A stretch of 64,000 nucleotides of DNA from contig NC_088792.1 of the NCBI RefSeq assembly GCF_011386835.1, positions 135,966,001 to 136,030,000 on the forward strand, written 5' to 3'. This DNA comes from Chrysemys picta bellii (lineage: Eukaryota). The notes under the pieces are model-generated. The model ran no database searches. It was given only the letters and a program-made list of their open reading frames with translations, and was not told the origin of the DNA. Position 1 is the stretch's first letter; each line of letters starts with the position of its first letter. Below, piece by piece: positions 24,362-36,226 of the stretch. A program made the translations under genes and the position numbers.

Positions 24362-24547
24362 TGGAGATATCTCATCCCATCTCCTAGAACTGGAAGGGAC
24401 CTTGAAAGGTCATCGAGTCCAGCCCCCTGCATTCACTAGCAGGACCAAGTATTGATTTTGCCCCAGATCCCTAAGTGAGTTCAAGGATTGAACTCACAAC
24501 GCTGGATTTAGCAGGCCAATGCTCAAACCACTGAGCTATCCCTCCCC
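24362..24547 (-). mobile_element. Tortoise-type tRNA-derived PolIII SINE with CR1-like tail
   Basis: The minus strand reads GGGGAGGGATAGCTCAGTGGTTTGAGCATTGGCCTGCTAAA...GTGAGTTCAATCC (A and B boxes), followed by GGCTGGACTCGATGACCTTTCAAGG..CCCTTCCAGTTCTAGGAGAT, which resembles the CR1 3' end. Confidence 0.9.
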
Positions 24548-24926
24548 AAATTAATGTTTGTTAATTTTTGTTTCTGAAAAATATATTAACAGTATAGCAC
24601 CGTATTCAGCTTGTGTAATTTGAATACAATGGATTGGAAATCCAGGGACATCACCGCCGTGAAAAATGTATTCCAACAGCTAAAAACTGGGATGCAACTG
24701 TAGCTCTTCTATATATTGAAACCGCAGTGAGACCCAGAGATAACTTATTTAAGACAGGCAGTACCCAGAGAAGAGGTGAACTCTAACAGAGGCAGAAGAG
24801 TCACTCACCATCCCTTCTGTTTGATGGAAAATTTTAAACAAGTTGTTCCTGGGAGCCACCAAAATCTACCTTCAGCACCTCATTGAGGACAAGGAAAATA
24901 TCAAACAGGCAAATGGAGTCAGAGAG

Positions 24927-25013
24927 GGGTAAATGCTCAGCTGGTGTAAATCAGGATAGTTTCACTGAGTTCAGTGAAGCTATGCTGATTTACACTAGTG
25001 GCAGATCTGGCCC
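24927..25013. mobile_element. Short (about 85 bp) palindromic MITE-like element, representative of a dispersed family
   Basis: CTGGTGTAAATCAG-GATAGT-TTCACTGA G TTCAGTGAA-GCTATG-CTGATTTACACTAG forms a full-length inverted repeat and ends GATCTGGCCC. Confidence 0.75.
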
Positions 25014-28000
25014 ACTATGCATAGTGGACTTCTCCTAATGACCAAGGCCAGCATGCTTACTACATGGAATGCAGAGCAGAGGTAAGGGTAAATTGGTTAT
25101 TTGTCTTTTGAATGTTAATATTTGTCTCCATTTGTGTTTTTCCTCAGGCTATTATGAATGTCATAAGGAGTTAAAGATATAGTGTGCACTCAAGAGAAAC
25201 ACACTAAAATAATGTTATATATTTTCTTCTTGTCTGACAGAGGTTTATTCTTGCTTACATAAGAATATGAACAAAAACATGTAAATAAGGAATAATTTGG
25301 CATCAACTGGTGCATGACCTCATCTGAGACAGAAAATAATTCTGGCTTTTCTGCCAATGTTTTCCTAAAAATATCATTTTTTTTTCAAGGGAAACTGCTT
25401 AGCATACAGAACAAATTCAGGATTTCTAGCTGGAGAGTTTAGTTTGCATCATGAAAAGCTACAAGATTTACTGCCCCCTTTACTGTATGGAACATCCAAG
25501 AGCAGATTGCTTGCAGTTGTACTTTGGTGCTGACATTGTTTTATGGTTTCTCCTCTCTCCTGTCCATCTGCATTTCTGCTCTCGTCTACTTTCTCCTCCT
25601 TTACTGTGTACTGCAGTTTTCTCTCTTTTGCTGAAGGCTATAAGCTTCTCTCCACAAATTCAGTTCACTATACTTCTAGACACTGTAGCTATGACTCCCA
25701 ACTTGAGTTATTCCTTTCAGAGATGACAAATCCTGCATGGTTAGTAGGATGTACTCTTTCTTGTGATTTTAAATTTGCCATTGAGGTGGTTGGGAGGGAG
25801 CTATGGAACTTTACAAACCACACTTTTCACAGGAATCATTTAATTTGTACCACCCCCTGCCCTCAAGCAGCTTTCAGCCACGGTGTAGGTCTGAAATGTC
25901 AGATCCCATGTTCTGAGGGTTGAAAGGCATCTTCCTCATTAATATAAGAGTTAAAAAATAGGAGAGGTCAGTTAGTTGATCCTCATTTTTATATATGGGG
26001 AAACTGAGGCACGGACCCTCAGTTAAGTACACAATTGAGGCTACACAACAAATCAGTGACAGATTCTGAAACAAAGTTTCCCAGTTTCCTACTCCATACA
26101 CTAGATCACATGATTGCTACACATTCAAATGTTTCAGTAAATGGGCCTCCAGGGCCACGTATAACAAATTCTAGGATTCAAGGCTCAGCTAAAAGTGGCA
26201 TAATGTTGCGCAGTTGAAGGTGAAGACTCCAACAAAAAGAATTCTGCATTTAAAAGAGACATCAGTAAAATGCCTGGGGGAATGTAAACATACTGTAGAG
26301 TCTGCACATGAAAGATTTACAGTAATAAGAGAGACAGAGCAAGAGGATGAAAAAAGTTACTTATTTTTTCTTTTTTTTAATCCTTGAATTTAACTATTAT
26401 GTTTCTCTAGCCTCTCCCTATTCCTGTCCACAGCACCTTACACTGCTGCTTTCACCTCTTCTTCACTGGTGTATTAGAAGTAGAAGGTTATAAAGGACTT
26501 CTTAGGAACTCAACCGACTCAGACAGTCAAGTACCTTACTCCTAGTGAGGATGGGACTTTAGAACATGTCTATGTGCAGGATACACTGGTTAACTTGAGG
26601 TGTAATTTTAAATTGATTTAGTAAACCGCCGCAAAAGTCTGTGTGAACTCTTAGGTCTTGCCTACACAAGAATGTTCATCTTCAATTGTATTTTAAACAA
26701 ATTCAGTTAAACCAGTGCTTAACCCTGCGTGAACATGCTTATTTCACTTTAAACCAGGCTTACTGAAGTTTAACTTAAACAGAGTCCAAACTAAAATGGA
26801 ATTGGCCACTGTTAAACTGAAATAAGAATGTCCACACAAGGGAAAACTTGAGCTAACTACACTTATTTAAAACGCTGTTGAGGTCAAATTGACACAACAT
26901 TGATACATTTGTATCTACTCAAGGCCCAAGTGTCCTGTTTTCTTATTAAGTTATTTTAACAACAGCATGTGAAAAGCACACTACAGAACTTTTAGTGCAT
27001 GGTAGCAGGGTCTACATGGCCAGTTAGTGTGCGGTAGGCCGGTATGCTGTAGATTCACACCTTTGCTGTGGACTAAGTCTCCATGTAGGCAAGCCCCATT
27101 TTTCTGTCCTCTTGGATGATAAGACATTTGGGAATCAACAACTCTGACCCACAAAAAGAGGCCCAGAAAATTCCTGAAATAATTAATTCTAATTCCTGAT
27201 TAACCCAGTCTGGCCAAGAGGCCTACCAGAGCACTTTGCACTGATGGAGAGTAGGACCAATGCAGTTCTTCCACAATGGCCTTGGCCCCTCGCTGGTGTG
27301 TGTGTTTCACTGGCAGTTTGTGATGTTAATGGGAAGAGTATTAATATGGTACCTGTGACAGCAGCTAGGCAGACTGTCATGTTTATTAGCAGATCTTGAA
27401 AGCAATTCATGCAAATTACATTCCAGCCTGTCATCTTTGGTAGCAGAGTACACTGAGGGGAAGGGAGTCTAGTCTATAGCAATGGCAGTGACAAGGTAGA
27501 GAAGTAAATAGAGAGAGTTCTGTATCAGTCAAAACTGGTACGATAGGGGAGAGGTTAAAGGAGCAGAAAGTGACTTGACACACAAATTAGGTGCAGCTAG
27601 CAGCAATGGTTAATAGGGTATCACATCTTCCAGGACTCTAAGTACAGCAGATAAAAGAAGTGCAGTCACACCTCAGCGATTAATAAGTAAAAACAGGACT
27701 GAGGGAATAAAGAAATATGATGGGTTATTAGTAAAAAGAAAACCAGATGATAAATGCAAGGGAATGGTGAAAAAAAAAATCTTTCCTGTTCGAATCTGAA
27801 AGATGGCATTTAAAAGAGGAGTGCAGAGCACTCAAATGAGTCACATTCTTGCAAAATAAAAGTTTGCAAAAGTAAAAGGGGATAACACTGATTGAAATAC
27901 ATGGGACCAGACTTTGCCCAGCTTCTCCAGGAGCACATGAGGTGCAAGAGGGCTGAAGGAAACCTCTTGAGCAATGGAACTGTTCACCTTCCTTATACTC

Positions 28001-28336
28001 CACAGAGTGCAAGACAAACCAAAGGAGCTGGAGCCATGGCTCAACCTTCATAAGGACTGGCCACATGCACAGTGCACTACTCTCCAGTTTTGACCATTAT
28101 TTATAAAAGTTTCCTGTCTCCAGGAGTTTGCCAGATTCTATCACCACTACTCCTATCAAGTAGTCCCTTACACCAAGAGTAGTTCCAATTAAATGAATGA
28201 GACCACCTAACGAGTAAAGTACCTCTGGCTCTTAATAAGGATGGAAAAAAATCTGGTCCTATATTAGAATATAAAATGAATAATGACATCGAGCCATGGA
28301 AACATTTGGTGGGATGAAGCAAAGAGGAGGGACTTA

Positions 28337-28632
28337 GGCTTGGTCTACACTACCCCCCTAATTCGAACTAAGGTACGCAACTTCAGCTACGTGAATAACG
28401 TAGCTGAAGTTCGAAGTACCTTAGTTCGAATTAGTTCAAACTTACCTTGGTCCACACTCGGCAGGCAGGCTCCCCCGTCGACTCCGCGGTACTCCTCTCG
28501 GCGAGCTGGAGTACCGCAGTCGACGGCGAGCACTTCCGGGTTCGACTTATCGCGTCCAGACTAGACGCGATAAGTCGAACCCAGAAGTTCGATTTCCAGC
28601 CGTCGAACTTGCGGGTAAGTGTAGCCAAGGCC
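28337..28632. mobile_element. PIF/Harbinger-type MITE (young, CpG-rich)
   Basis: TIR GGCTTGGTCTACAC...GTGTAGCCAAGGCC with TSD TTA (28334-28336, 28633-28635). Confidence 0.9.
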
Positions 28633-29702
28633 TTAGGAAAACATTTGGTTAGTTCTGTCTTTGGGACAAATTCTGGGTTGATTCACCTACCTCCATAGTT
28701 ATTAGTAATGATGTTTTCAATATATTTGTAAGACTGTCACTTTACAGAATGTGGGTAAATGCTATCACTCCTTCACAGATAAGGAAATTGAGGCAAAAGA
28801 GAGGAAGTACAATTTGCCAAGGTCATTCAGCAAAGTTTATGGGAAAAGTTGGGAACAAAACCCTCCACTCTAACACTAAACCAGATAAACCACACTGCTT
28901 CAATGTCAGTAAAACATGTCTAGAAGATTTTCCTCCTATGGTGAAATACCATTTCTTCTCATCTCTCAGGCAATATTCCATGAAAAGAATTGATCTTGTT
29001 ACCATAGGCCAAAGGCCAAATATATCCTCTCCCAGTGACTGTCACAGAAGTTCCATAAATGGAATGAAGGCAGGATATAGCGCTAAATAATTTAAAGCTG
29101 CCCAAACACATACTACAAGCAAATTAATAGTGCCAAAAACCCACAAAAAAATCTCTCTTTAATTTTCTTCCTCCTCTCTGCAATATTCTTTTCCTTTTTG
29201 CATTATTAAGTTCCTCTTTGCAATCAACAAATTTTCATCAGACAGCAGATGGAAATGTGTATTTTTTCAATTCAAAAGTGTTTTTAGCCTCCTTAGTGAT
29301 ATTGACATTTCTCTGAGGAATACACTGAGATTAAATTTATATAATGTGAGGTTTTTGGCGCAGAAGCAGAAATTCTAGTATGAGGGAAAAAATTCCACGT
29401 GGATGTAATGTCTATTCCAACAGCCCAAAATAACTGGAAGAGATGGTTGTAATTAGCACACTATTCCACTCTTTCTGTGAGATAATAAAGATAGCCTGCT
29501 GGTAGTGTTTTTAAGAGTTTGTGTGCTCTTAAGGAACAGTAAACAGAGAAGCCTTTTAAAATGTTGTGGATTTCTCAGAATTTAGAACATTTTTAGGAAC
29601 TGAATCAGGCTTCCAAAGATACCATTTCTACAACACAGTGCTATTTAGGCTCTATGTAAATAACCAGTTTCAGACTGGGCAATTTACAAACCATGCTGCA
29701 GG

Positions 29703-30512
29703 TGTTGTCAAACGCTACCGGTGTGGTGCTCTGCTCTGTTCGATGATGATATCAATCAGCTGCATGCATGTGTTCCCTCTGTGTGCTGCCCCGGCTCTGC
29801 AGATTGCTGGCACAGCTGACCCCGAGAGAACCCCCAGTGACCACAGACTCTAGTAAGGTACGAAGGCACCTGGCCAGGTTTATTGTCAAAAAGAAACACA
29901 GTCTCTAGCTCGCCAGATTAGATGTGCTGTACTGTGTCCTAACAATGGACACAGCTCAGTCAGTGGCGGGACTTTCCACTACCCCTAGGCCGGACAAAGA
30001 CGTCCACTCAGGGATGCGTTCTTATACACAAACAGGTACTGAGGTACAGCCCCTCTATTAGGCACTTGCCTTTCTCACGGGTTGGTTGGTTGCTTGCTTG
30101 CTTGCTTTCTCACAGGTTGGTTCGAACAAATCTATCCATCATATTCTCTATACATCATACTGTCTATCCATCGTATTGTCCTTTCATATTGTCTATTCAT
30201 CATTGTCTATCCATTATATTGTCCTTTTCTACTGTCTTTAGGCTGGGTCTGCTTGTTCCTTGTTATCTGTGTGGGATGTGTTCATACCTAGCTGTTCTGG
30301 TGCCGCTCTGGCACATGTTCATCTTATTAGTGATATATTAATATGTGCTTCTAGGAGCCCTCTTCTTGCCAACTTCTGTGAGTGGGACCTGCCTCTGGCT
30401 CACAGCCCAGCTTTGCTTAACAAAGTCTTGACTATTACTCTAGTTCAGGCCTCAGGCCTCATACTGGGCCTCTGATACAAGATTTTATGTTTCAGGGCCT
30501 CATCTTACTACA
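29703..30512 (-). mobile_element. Solo LTR, 5-bp TSD
   Basis: Termini are TGTTG...CTACA, with TSD GCAGG at 29698-29702 and 30513-30517. TTTATT near 29880 gives a minus-strand polyA signal. Internal TATTGTCTATCCATCA-like short tandem repeats are present. Confidence 0.85.
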
Positions 30513-31240
30513 GCAGGCATGTAACAAAACTGTTTTAAAGTTCTTTTAGAGAGCAACCTCTAATATAGTTCTCACAATCTCAACTCCCCTCCTAAGACTG
30601 AGGTCAAAAGTGCAAAGACTTTCCAAAATATAAATAAAGGAGGCTTAGAGAGAGATGTGATCTGGCATTAATGTGCATGCAGTTAGACTCACATACTTAA
30701 TCAGTAATGGAGTTTTCAAAAACTCATCTGCCCAGCAGGAAGGAAGGATCTCTGTACAGGAACTCCTTGTTATTCAGTGGACTCCATTCTTCAAGGCAAG
30801 AAATCTCCTACAGAACTGGTGAAGTTTTAAGGCTCAGGAATAGAAAACCAGTTTTATCCCATACAGATGGACAATCAGATGGTATCTGGTGAGGGACAAA
30901 GATCTTTGAGCCAAAGGCTTTAATCCCTGTTCCTATATTTGATGACTCCCTTTGTCTAAACCAAGAACTTTTCATATGACACCTTACCAGACAGCCTCAG
31001 AAAAAAAGAGTCTCTCCTCTGCAGTATCATTGTCAGATGGCTCACATTGCTTTAGGAAGCTGGTCAGCAAGTAATAAGGTGCAACCTCTCTGAGTTTTCA
31101 CTCTGACCTTTTTACTTGTCCACTTGACTGTCCATGCTGAGCCCATCCTGATAAACCTTACTCAATAGCCCCAGTTGGGCTAGCTAACATATTGTCTCCC
31201 TTTCCTGTCTCCTCCCCTCTTAGGAGGATTCCAAACTAAG

Positions 31241-32020
31241 GGTGGGATCCACAAAAGCACCTAAGTCCTATTTTTAGGTACCCATGCCACTGTGATCCAC
31301 AAAACCTCTGCTCAGCTGCCACCTAGCTCTATGGGTGTCCAAACGCACTTAAGTTTCTATGTTTTTTTTCCCCCTTGGGCACATGCAGTGCAGCCTCTGT
31401 CTAGGTTTCTGGATGCCTATCTCCTGCCTAAGCTCCAGAGCTATTCACAACCTGGGAAAGATGGAATTTCAGCTGCCTAAATCACGTGCAGGGGCCAAAT
31501 CTGGTAGGCAGCCTCTGAACATACCTACTGGATCAGGGCTCTCAGCCAAATTCACACACCACCACCTGGGGGGAGGGGGAGGAGAAGAATCTCCCTTATA
31601 ACCTTTAGCCCAGTGGTTAGTGTACTCACACAGGATGTGGGAGAGCCCTAGATCAAGTCTGCCCTGCTCTGCCACTCACATCCCAGCTATTTTGTTTCAG
31701 GCCCTGCAAGCATCTTAAGCAGCAGAGAACCCTGGTTCACGCCTCCTTGTAGCCTGGACATAGGTGCATAAATCTAAGAAAGAGAGGGGCTTAGTCTACA
31801 CCGCTCTGGTTGGCATCTCCCATTGATTACCTTAGGCAGCTCACCACTTAACATGCTGACTTGGTGGATTGCAGTTTAAGGTGCCTGTCTCTCCCTGTGC
31901 AATGTATAGTGAGCCTAGATGCCTAACTCAGGCTTTATGGATCGCAGTGCTGTTCCTGTGAATTTCTAGGTGCTGTGACGCTCAGCATTGAAATGCCTAA
32001 GCCTCTTCATGGATCCTACC
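31241..32020. mobile_element. Non-autonomous TIR element with an internal tRNA-like module
   Basis: TIR GGTGGGATCCACAA...TTCATGGATCCTACC and repeated GCCTAA/TTAGGC motifs. An internal TAGCCCAGTGGTTAG...GATCAAGTC segment lies at about 31605-31660. Confidence 0.6.
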
Positions 32021-33040
32021 TAGTTCTGGGGGAATTCTGTGCTACTGCGTATGTGCATAATTAATGAGCCATGCATATTTTTATTTTTTTTTGCGCAGAA
32101 AAAAGCTTCTGCCGAAATGTTGCTGCAGTTCTGCATTTTGCCCACCAGAGGGTGCTGTGGTGCAAGAACAGCAGTACCTCCAGCAGAAAATAACTTCTGC
32201 AGTTCCGCATTTTGCCTACCAGTGGGCGCTCTGGCAACAGAACACAGCAGCAACTCCCAGTCAGCTAGAGAAGAGAAAGAGCCTGACTTCTTTGCAGTGA
32301 CTGTCAGACCAGGTCAGGAGACAGGGGCTATGGGGAGACAGACAGCATGAGGTGCTGGGGAGTCAGACAGGAGCGCATAAGGGCTAGTGGGGGAGCACAG
32401 ACTGGGGCAGAGGCTGAATGGGAGTGGAGGCACAGGGCCACAGTGGGGATGGAAGTGCAAGGCCACATGGTGATGGGGGAGGGGTGCAGAGCTGAGTGGG
32501 GGCACAGAGACACATGGGGACAGGGGGTGGCTGGGTGGGGGTCACAGAGACACATGGGGATAGGGATAGGGAGGGGTAAAGAGCCACACTGGAACAGGGG
32601 AAGGGGGTGCAGGGCCACATGGAGATGGGGAGAGTGGGTGTCTGAGTGGGGGTGGAGGGACATGTGTAGACAGAGGACACAAGGGGGTGCAGGAACATAT
32701 GGGGACAGGGGCAAATGTGCCTGACTGAATGGGAGAGGCTAAGGGTCAACCAGGGTCTGCATGGAGGAAGCTGCCTAACAATCCTCCTCCCCACCCCACC
32801 CCAAAAAACTGTTCCGTTCTTTTCCCACCCATACTCAACAATGTTCCAATTTCACACCCAGGCTCCTTCCCAGCAATTTACTTCCCTCTCTTTCAGCTCC
32901 TCCGTTACCCCTGACTCCCCCAAGCCTTTGTACTGCTTCTGAGAGATGCCAGAAATATGGTTTTGTATTGTAGTTTAAATGAATTATTGGTCATAGTTCT
33001 GTATTAACATGCCCAGTAAGGAATCTATTTGTCAAAAAAA
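32021..33040. mobile_element. Truncated unclassified non-autonomous DNA element with GAATTCTG terminal motifs and a G-rich degenerate tandem array (about 32310-32720)
   Basis: It starts TAGTTCTGGGGGAATTCTGTGC, the reverse complement of the end of 34408-34803. The internal array has GGGTGCAGGGCCACATGGGG-like units. Confidence 0.55.
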
Positions 33041-34210
33041 AAAATCAAATCTGTCCTTACCTTTGCTTGATAGATGGCAACCCTAAGTTTGTGGTTCATA
33101 GAACAAAGTATTAAGGCTTTTCAGGCTAATTTAAAGGTAAACTAACCTGGTGTAAGCTTCTCCTTTCTAGGAATGAGTAAATTTTTTTTTTTTTTTTGGT
33201 AAATGTATGAATGTTCAACAGTAAGTTAGAAATGTCAATTGCAAGAGAAATTTAATCAAATACAGAGAGTGAAATTACATGTGACAGATTAGTACTTTGC
33301 AAGCTTTAGAAGTTGTGCATGAGGTGTTAGCTATAAAAGCAGCTGTTTCAAACCTGAGTAGTAAATATATCAAGGGAAGTTAAGAGAGTTGACTTCTGAA
33401 TCTCATTGGTTTGCAGACAGATGCTGTGCATACTGGATGACTACTGCCATAATATAGGAAAATAAATACATTTATGAAAAACCAAACTGTGGAGTCAAGG
33501 GTAGAAACAAAATTGATGATTGATACAGGTGAGCTGAAGACCCAGATGTTACTACCCCACTGAGACACAAACCAGAATGGAAGAGCAATGTTGGAAGGAC
33601 TGCCACACAAAAAATTGCAAGTGATTGCAGTGGAAGATGCGGAAGATAGTGCATTATCTTTCTCCAAATCAACAAAACCCACCTATGCCTTTCCCATAAT
33701 ATTCAAAAGCTTTCTAAGTCATTTACCTTTAATTGACAACTTCCCTGATGTATCTGGGAATCTGTTAAACTAGTTTGTCTGTTCCTGGTCTCATTGGAGG
33801 TCAATCCTGTAAAATATTGAGCATTCTGGCCCCTGTCCAGCCCCCTTGACTTCAATGGAATTAATGACTTGTTTTAAATGCATTGCTGGAGCAGGGGCAG
33901 AGTGCTCAGCACCTTGCATGAATGAGACTCAGCTGATCATAATCCCTAGAATCATATTTCTGAAGTTAATACTTCTGATTACAAGTTAGGGTGCTACTCA
34001 TGCAACTGAATCTATATGGAGAGATTCTAGCACCTGCACTCAACCCAGTGAAACTCCAAGAGGTGTTACATGTGCACAAAGGTTACTCTACACAGATCTG
34101 ATTGCAGGATTAAGGCCTAAAAATGTACTTTCCACAAATATCCTTCAAATTTGCTTTCCTACGAAACACTGTAGTTTTGAGAATGCTTGGTGAAGATCTT
34201 GATGAAGATT

Positions 34211-34407
34211 GTGGCCCCACAATATGCCAACATTTTTATGGCTGACCTGGAACAACGCTTCCTCAGCTCTCATCCACTCATGCCCCTTCTCTACCTACGC
34301 TATATTGATGACATCTTCAACATCTGGACCCATGGGAAGGAGACCCTGGAAGAATTCCACCATGATTTCAACAGCTTCCACCCCACCATCAACCTCAGCC
34401 TGGACCA
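34211..34407 (+). pseudogene. Penelope-like element reverse transcriptase fragment (YIDD core)
   Basis: APQYANIFMADLEQRFLSSHPLMPLLYLRYIDDIFNIWTHGKETLEEFHHDFNSFHPTINLSLD matches the PLE RT motif 4-6 pattern. Confidence 0.88.
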
Positions 34408-34803
34408 CCCTGCAGCCCCCACCCACCCCAGACACGGTCTCGGTGGTGAGGCTGCACCCAACCCTGACACAATGCAAGAGCCAGGTCTGCCCCCGCAACT
34501 GCTCCAGAAACACCCCAGGGCCAGGCACACTGTAATAGCGAACAAGAGGGACAGAGTCTCGCACACATGCCCAGCTCTGTCCCCTCAGCCATGGATGGTG
34601 ATTTATGTCTCCCCAGGCTGCTTCTGACAGCTGAACTGACATGCCCATTTCGGACCACTGCCGGGGAGGGGCATGTGACACCTTTCACGGCTTCCCTCTG
34701 CTTCTGCATCAGAATCTATTATTCTGTGGGGAAACAAAAAACAAACATTCTGGGGGACATGAATTCTGCACATGCACAGTGGCTCAGAATTCCCACAGGA
34801 GTA
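34408..34803. mobile_element. Fragment of the same unclassified DNA-element family as 32021-33040, opposite orientation
   Basis: It ends GGGGACATGAATTCTGCACATGCACAGTGGCTCAGAATTCCCACAGGAGTA, with a GC-rich body. Confidence 0.55.
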
Positions 34804-34924
34804 ACCAGTGAACTTAAGACCTTTGTAGGTGCAGCTGCTGTGCTAAATGGGAACCTGTTGGTGATCCACTGGAATGTCTTTGCTTTGGAGTGACTTAGCT
34901 TGTAGGCGGGGAAGTAACATCTAT

Positions 34925-35126
34925 TTCCCCCATAACCAGGATGGGCAGGGATGGTATCTCTAGCCTCTGTTTTCCAGAAGCTGGGAATGGGTGACAGGGG
35001 ATGGCTCACTTGATGATTACCTGTTTTGTTCCTTCCCTCTGAAGCGCCTGGCATTGGCCATTGTTGGAACACAGGATACTGGGCTAGATGGACCTTTGGT
35101 CTGACCCAGTAAGGCCGTTCTTATGT
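34925..35126 (+). mobile_element. CR1 (PsCR1-type) 3' UTR fragment
   Basis: CATAACCAGGATGGGCAGGGATGG...GGATACTGGGCTAGATGGACCTTTGGTCTGACCCAGTAAGGCCGTTCTTATGT is a characteristic turtle CR1 3' end. Confidence 0.85.
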
Positions 35127-36192
35127 AAAGAGAAAAATCTTAAGGCTTTTATTTTTTGCTATTCCCTCCTGCTCCCACTTAAATTGTGAATCATCCTGTA
35201 AAAGAACTTGTAGAGACTCCAGTCAATAGGAGCATTCATTTTATTTCTAATCTGAATTCCATTGGATGTCAGTCACAGCAACAGTGCCCTTTTGAAGCTG
35301 TTGCATAGCTAAAGAAATAAATATAAAAGAAAATTTCAAACAGAAAACATTTTTCCCCCTGCTTGGAGCAAAGTTTTGAAGACTTTAAAAGCTGGTTCCA
35401 ATCAGGAGGGAAAAAAAATGTTTGAAATTCTCTCCTTCAAGCAGCTTGGTTTCCTCCTGAGCTGTGGCAGTTTCAAAGGGAGGTGCTGATTCTGACTGAG
35501 TGACAGCTGCTCTGACTCAAACTGAAAGTAAAATGAAAGTTTTCTTCTGACAGAGTCCCAAGCCCCCTAGTGTTTCAGAAACATTTAAAAATAAATTCTT
35601 AGAGAAAAATTCTCAGATAGAAGCAAGTCAGTAAATGAACATCCATAACAATTGAAACATGATGAGAATAGTGCAGGTATAAAAAAGCTCAGACATTGGA
35701 GGGAATTTGTAGTTAAATTTAAAAAAAAATCTTAGTTCTACACTTTATCGCAGCTCAATCTCAATGTTAGACACAGTCAAACCATTAATTATGGATTAGA
35801 GACCTTTATTCTGCTTGCAGTTCACAATCTAATCACAATTTCTGCAAGATACTTGATATGTGTAATTATTCACTAAATAATTATTGGGAGTTAGTTTCAA
35901 TCTCGGAGATGTTCACTAATGTTGACCACATATGCCTCATTATTTGCAGCTTTGATATTGTTTGTTTCCTGATTGGAGTGAAACTCTTAAAAACAGGAGA
36001 ATGACAAACAAATGGCAAAGAGCAAACAACTATTAGAGAAAGAAAAGACTCATATTCATCCAAAAGTATTCTTTTTCACAAGCTAATATTGGTGTTCCTA
36101 TGAAGAACAGCCACTCTCCAAATACTTAGGTCACTAAACACTTTTCCCTGAATGTCTGCAAAAAACTATAAAAAACCAAACCCACAATAACC

Positions 36193-36194
<2 letters not shown>

Positions 36195-36224
<30 letters not shown>
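36195..36224. repeat. (CA)n microsatellite, about 15 units
   Basis: Directly visible perfect CA run. Confidence 0.95.

Positions 36225-36226
<2 letters not shown>

Noticed and set aside
24470-24547. Genuine tRNA gene
   Set aside because: The tRNA-like head lacks a proper acceptor stem and terminator and continues into a SINE body and CR1-like tail.
27900-28052. 50-aa ORF MGPDFAQLLQEHMRCKRAEGNLLSNGTVHLPY...
   Set aside because: It has no splice or promoter support and no recognisable homology, and its length is within chance expectation.
32314-32794. Multiple overlapping 100-136 aa ORFs on both strands
   Set aside because: These arise from low-complexity G/C-rich degenerate repeats lacking stop codons inside a non-autonomous element.
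33380-33773. Exon with strong donor ACAG|GTGAGC near 33527 and overlapping ORFs
   Set aside because: Candidate acceptors give stops or unrecognisable peptides, so it is not supportable as coding.
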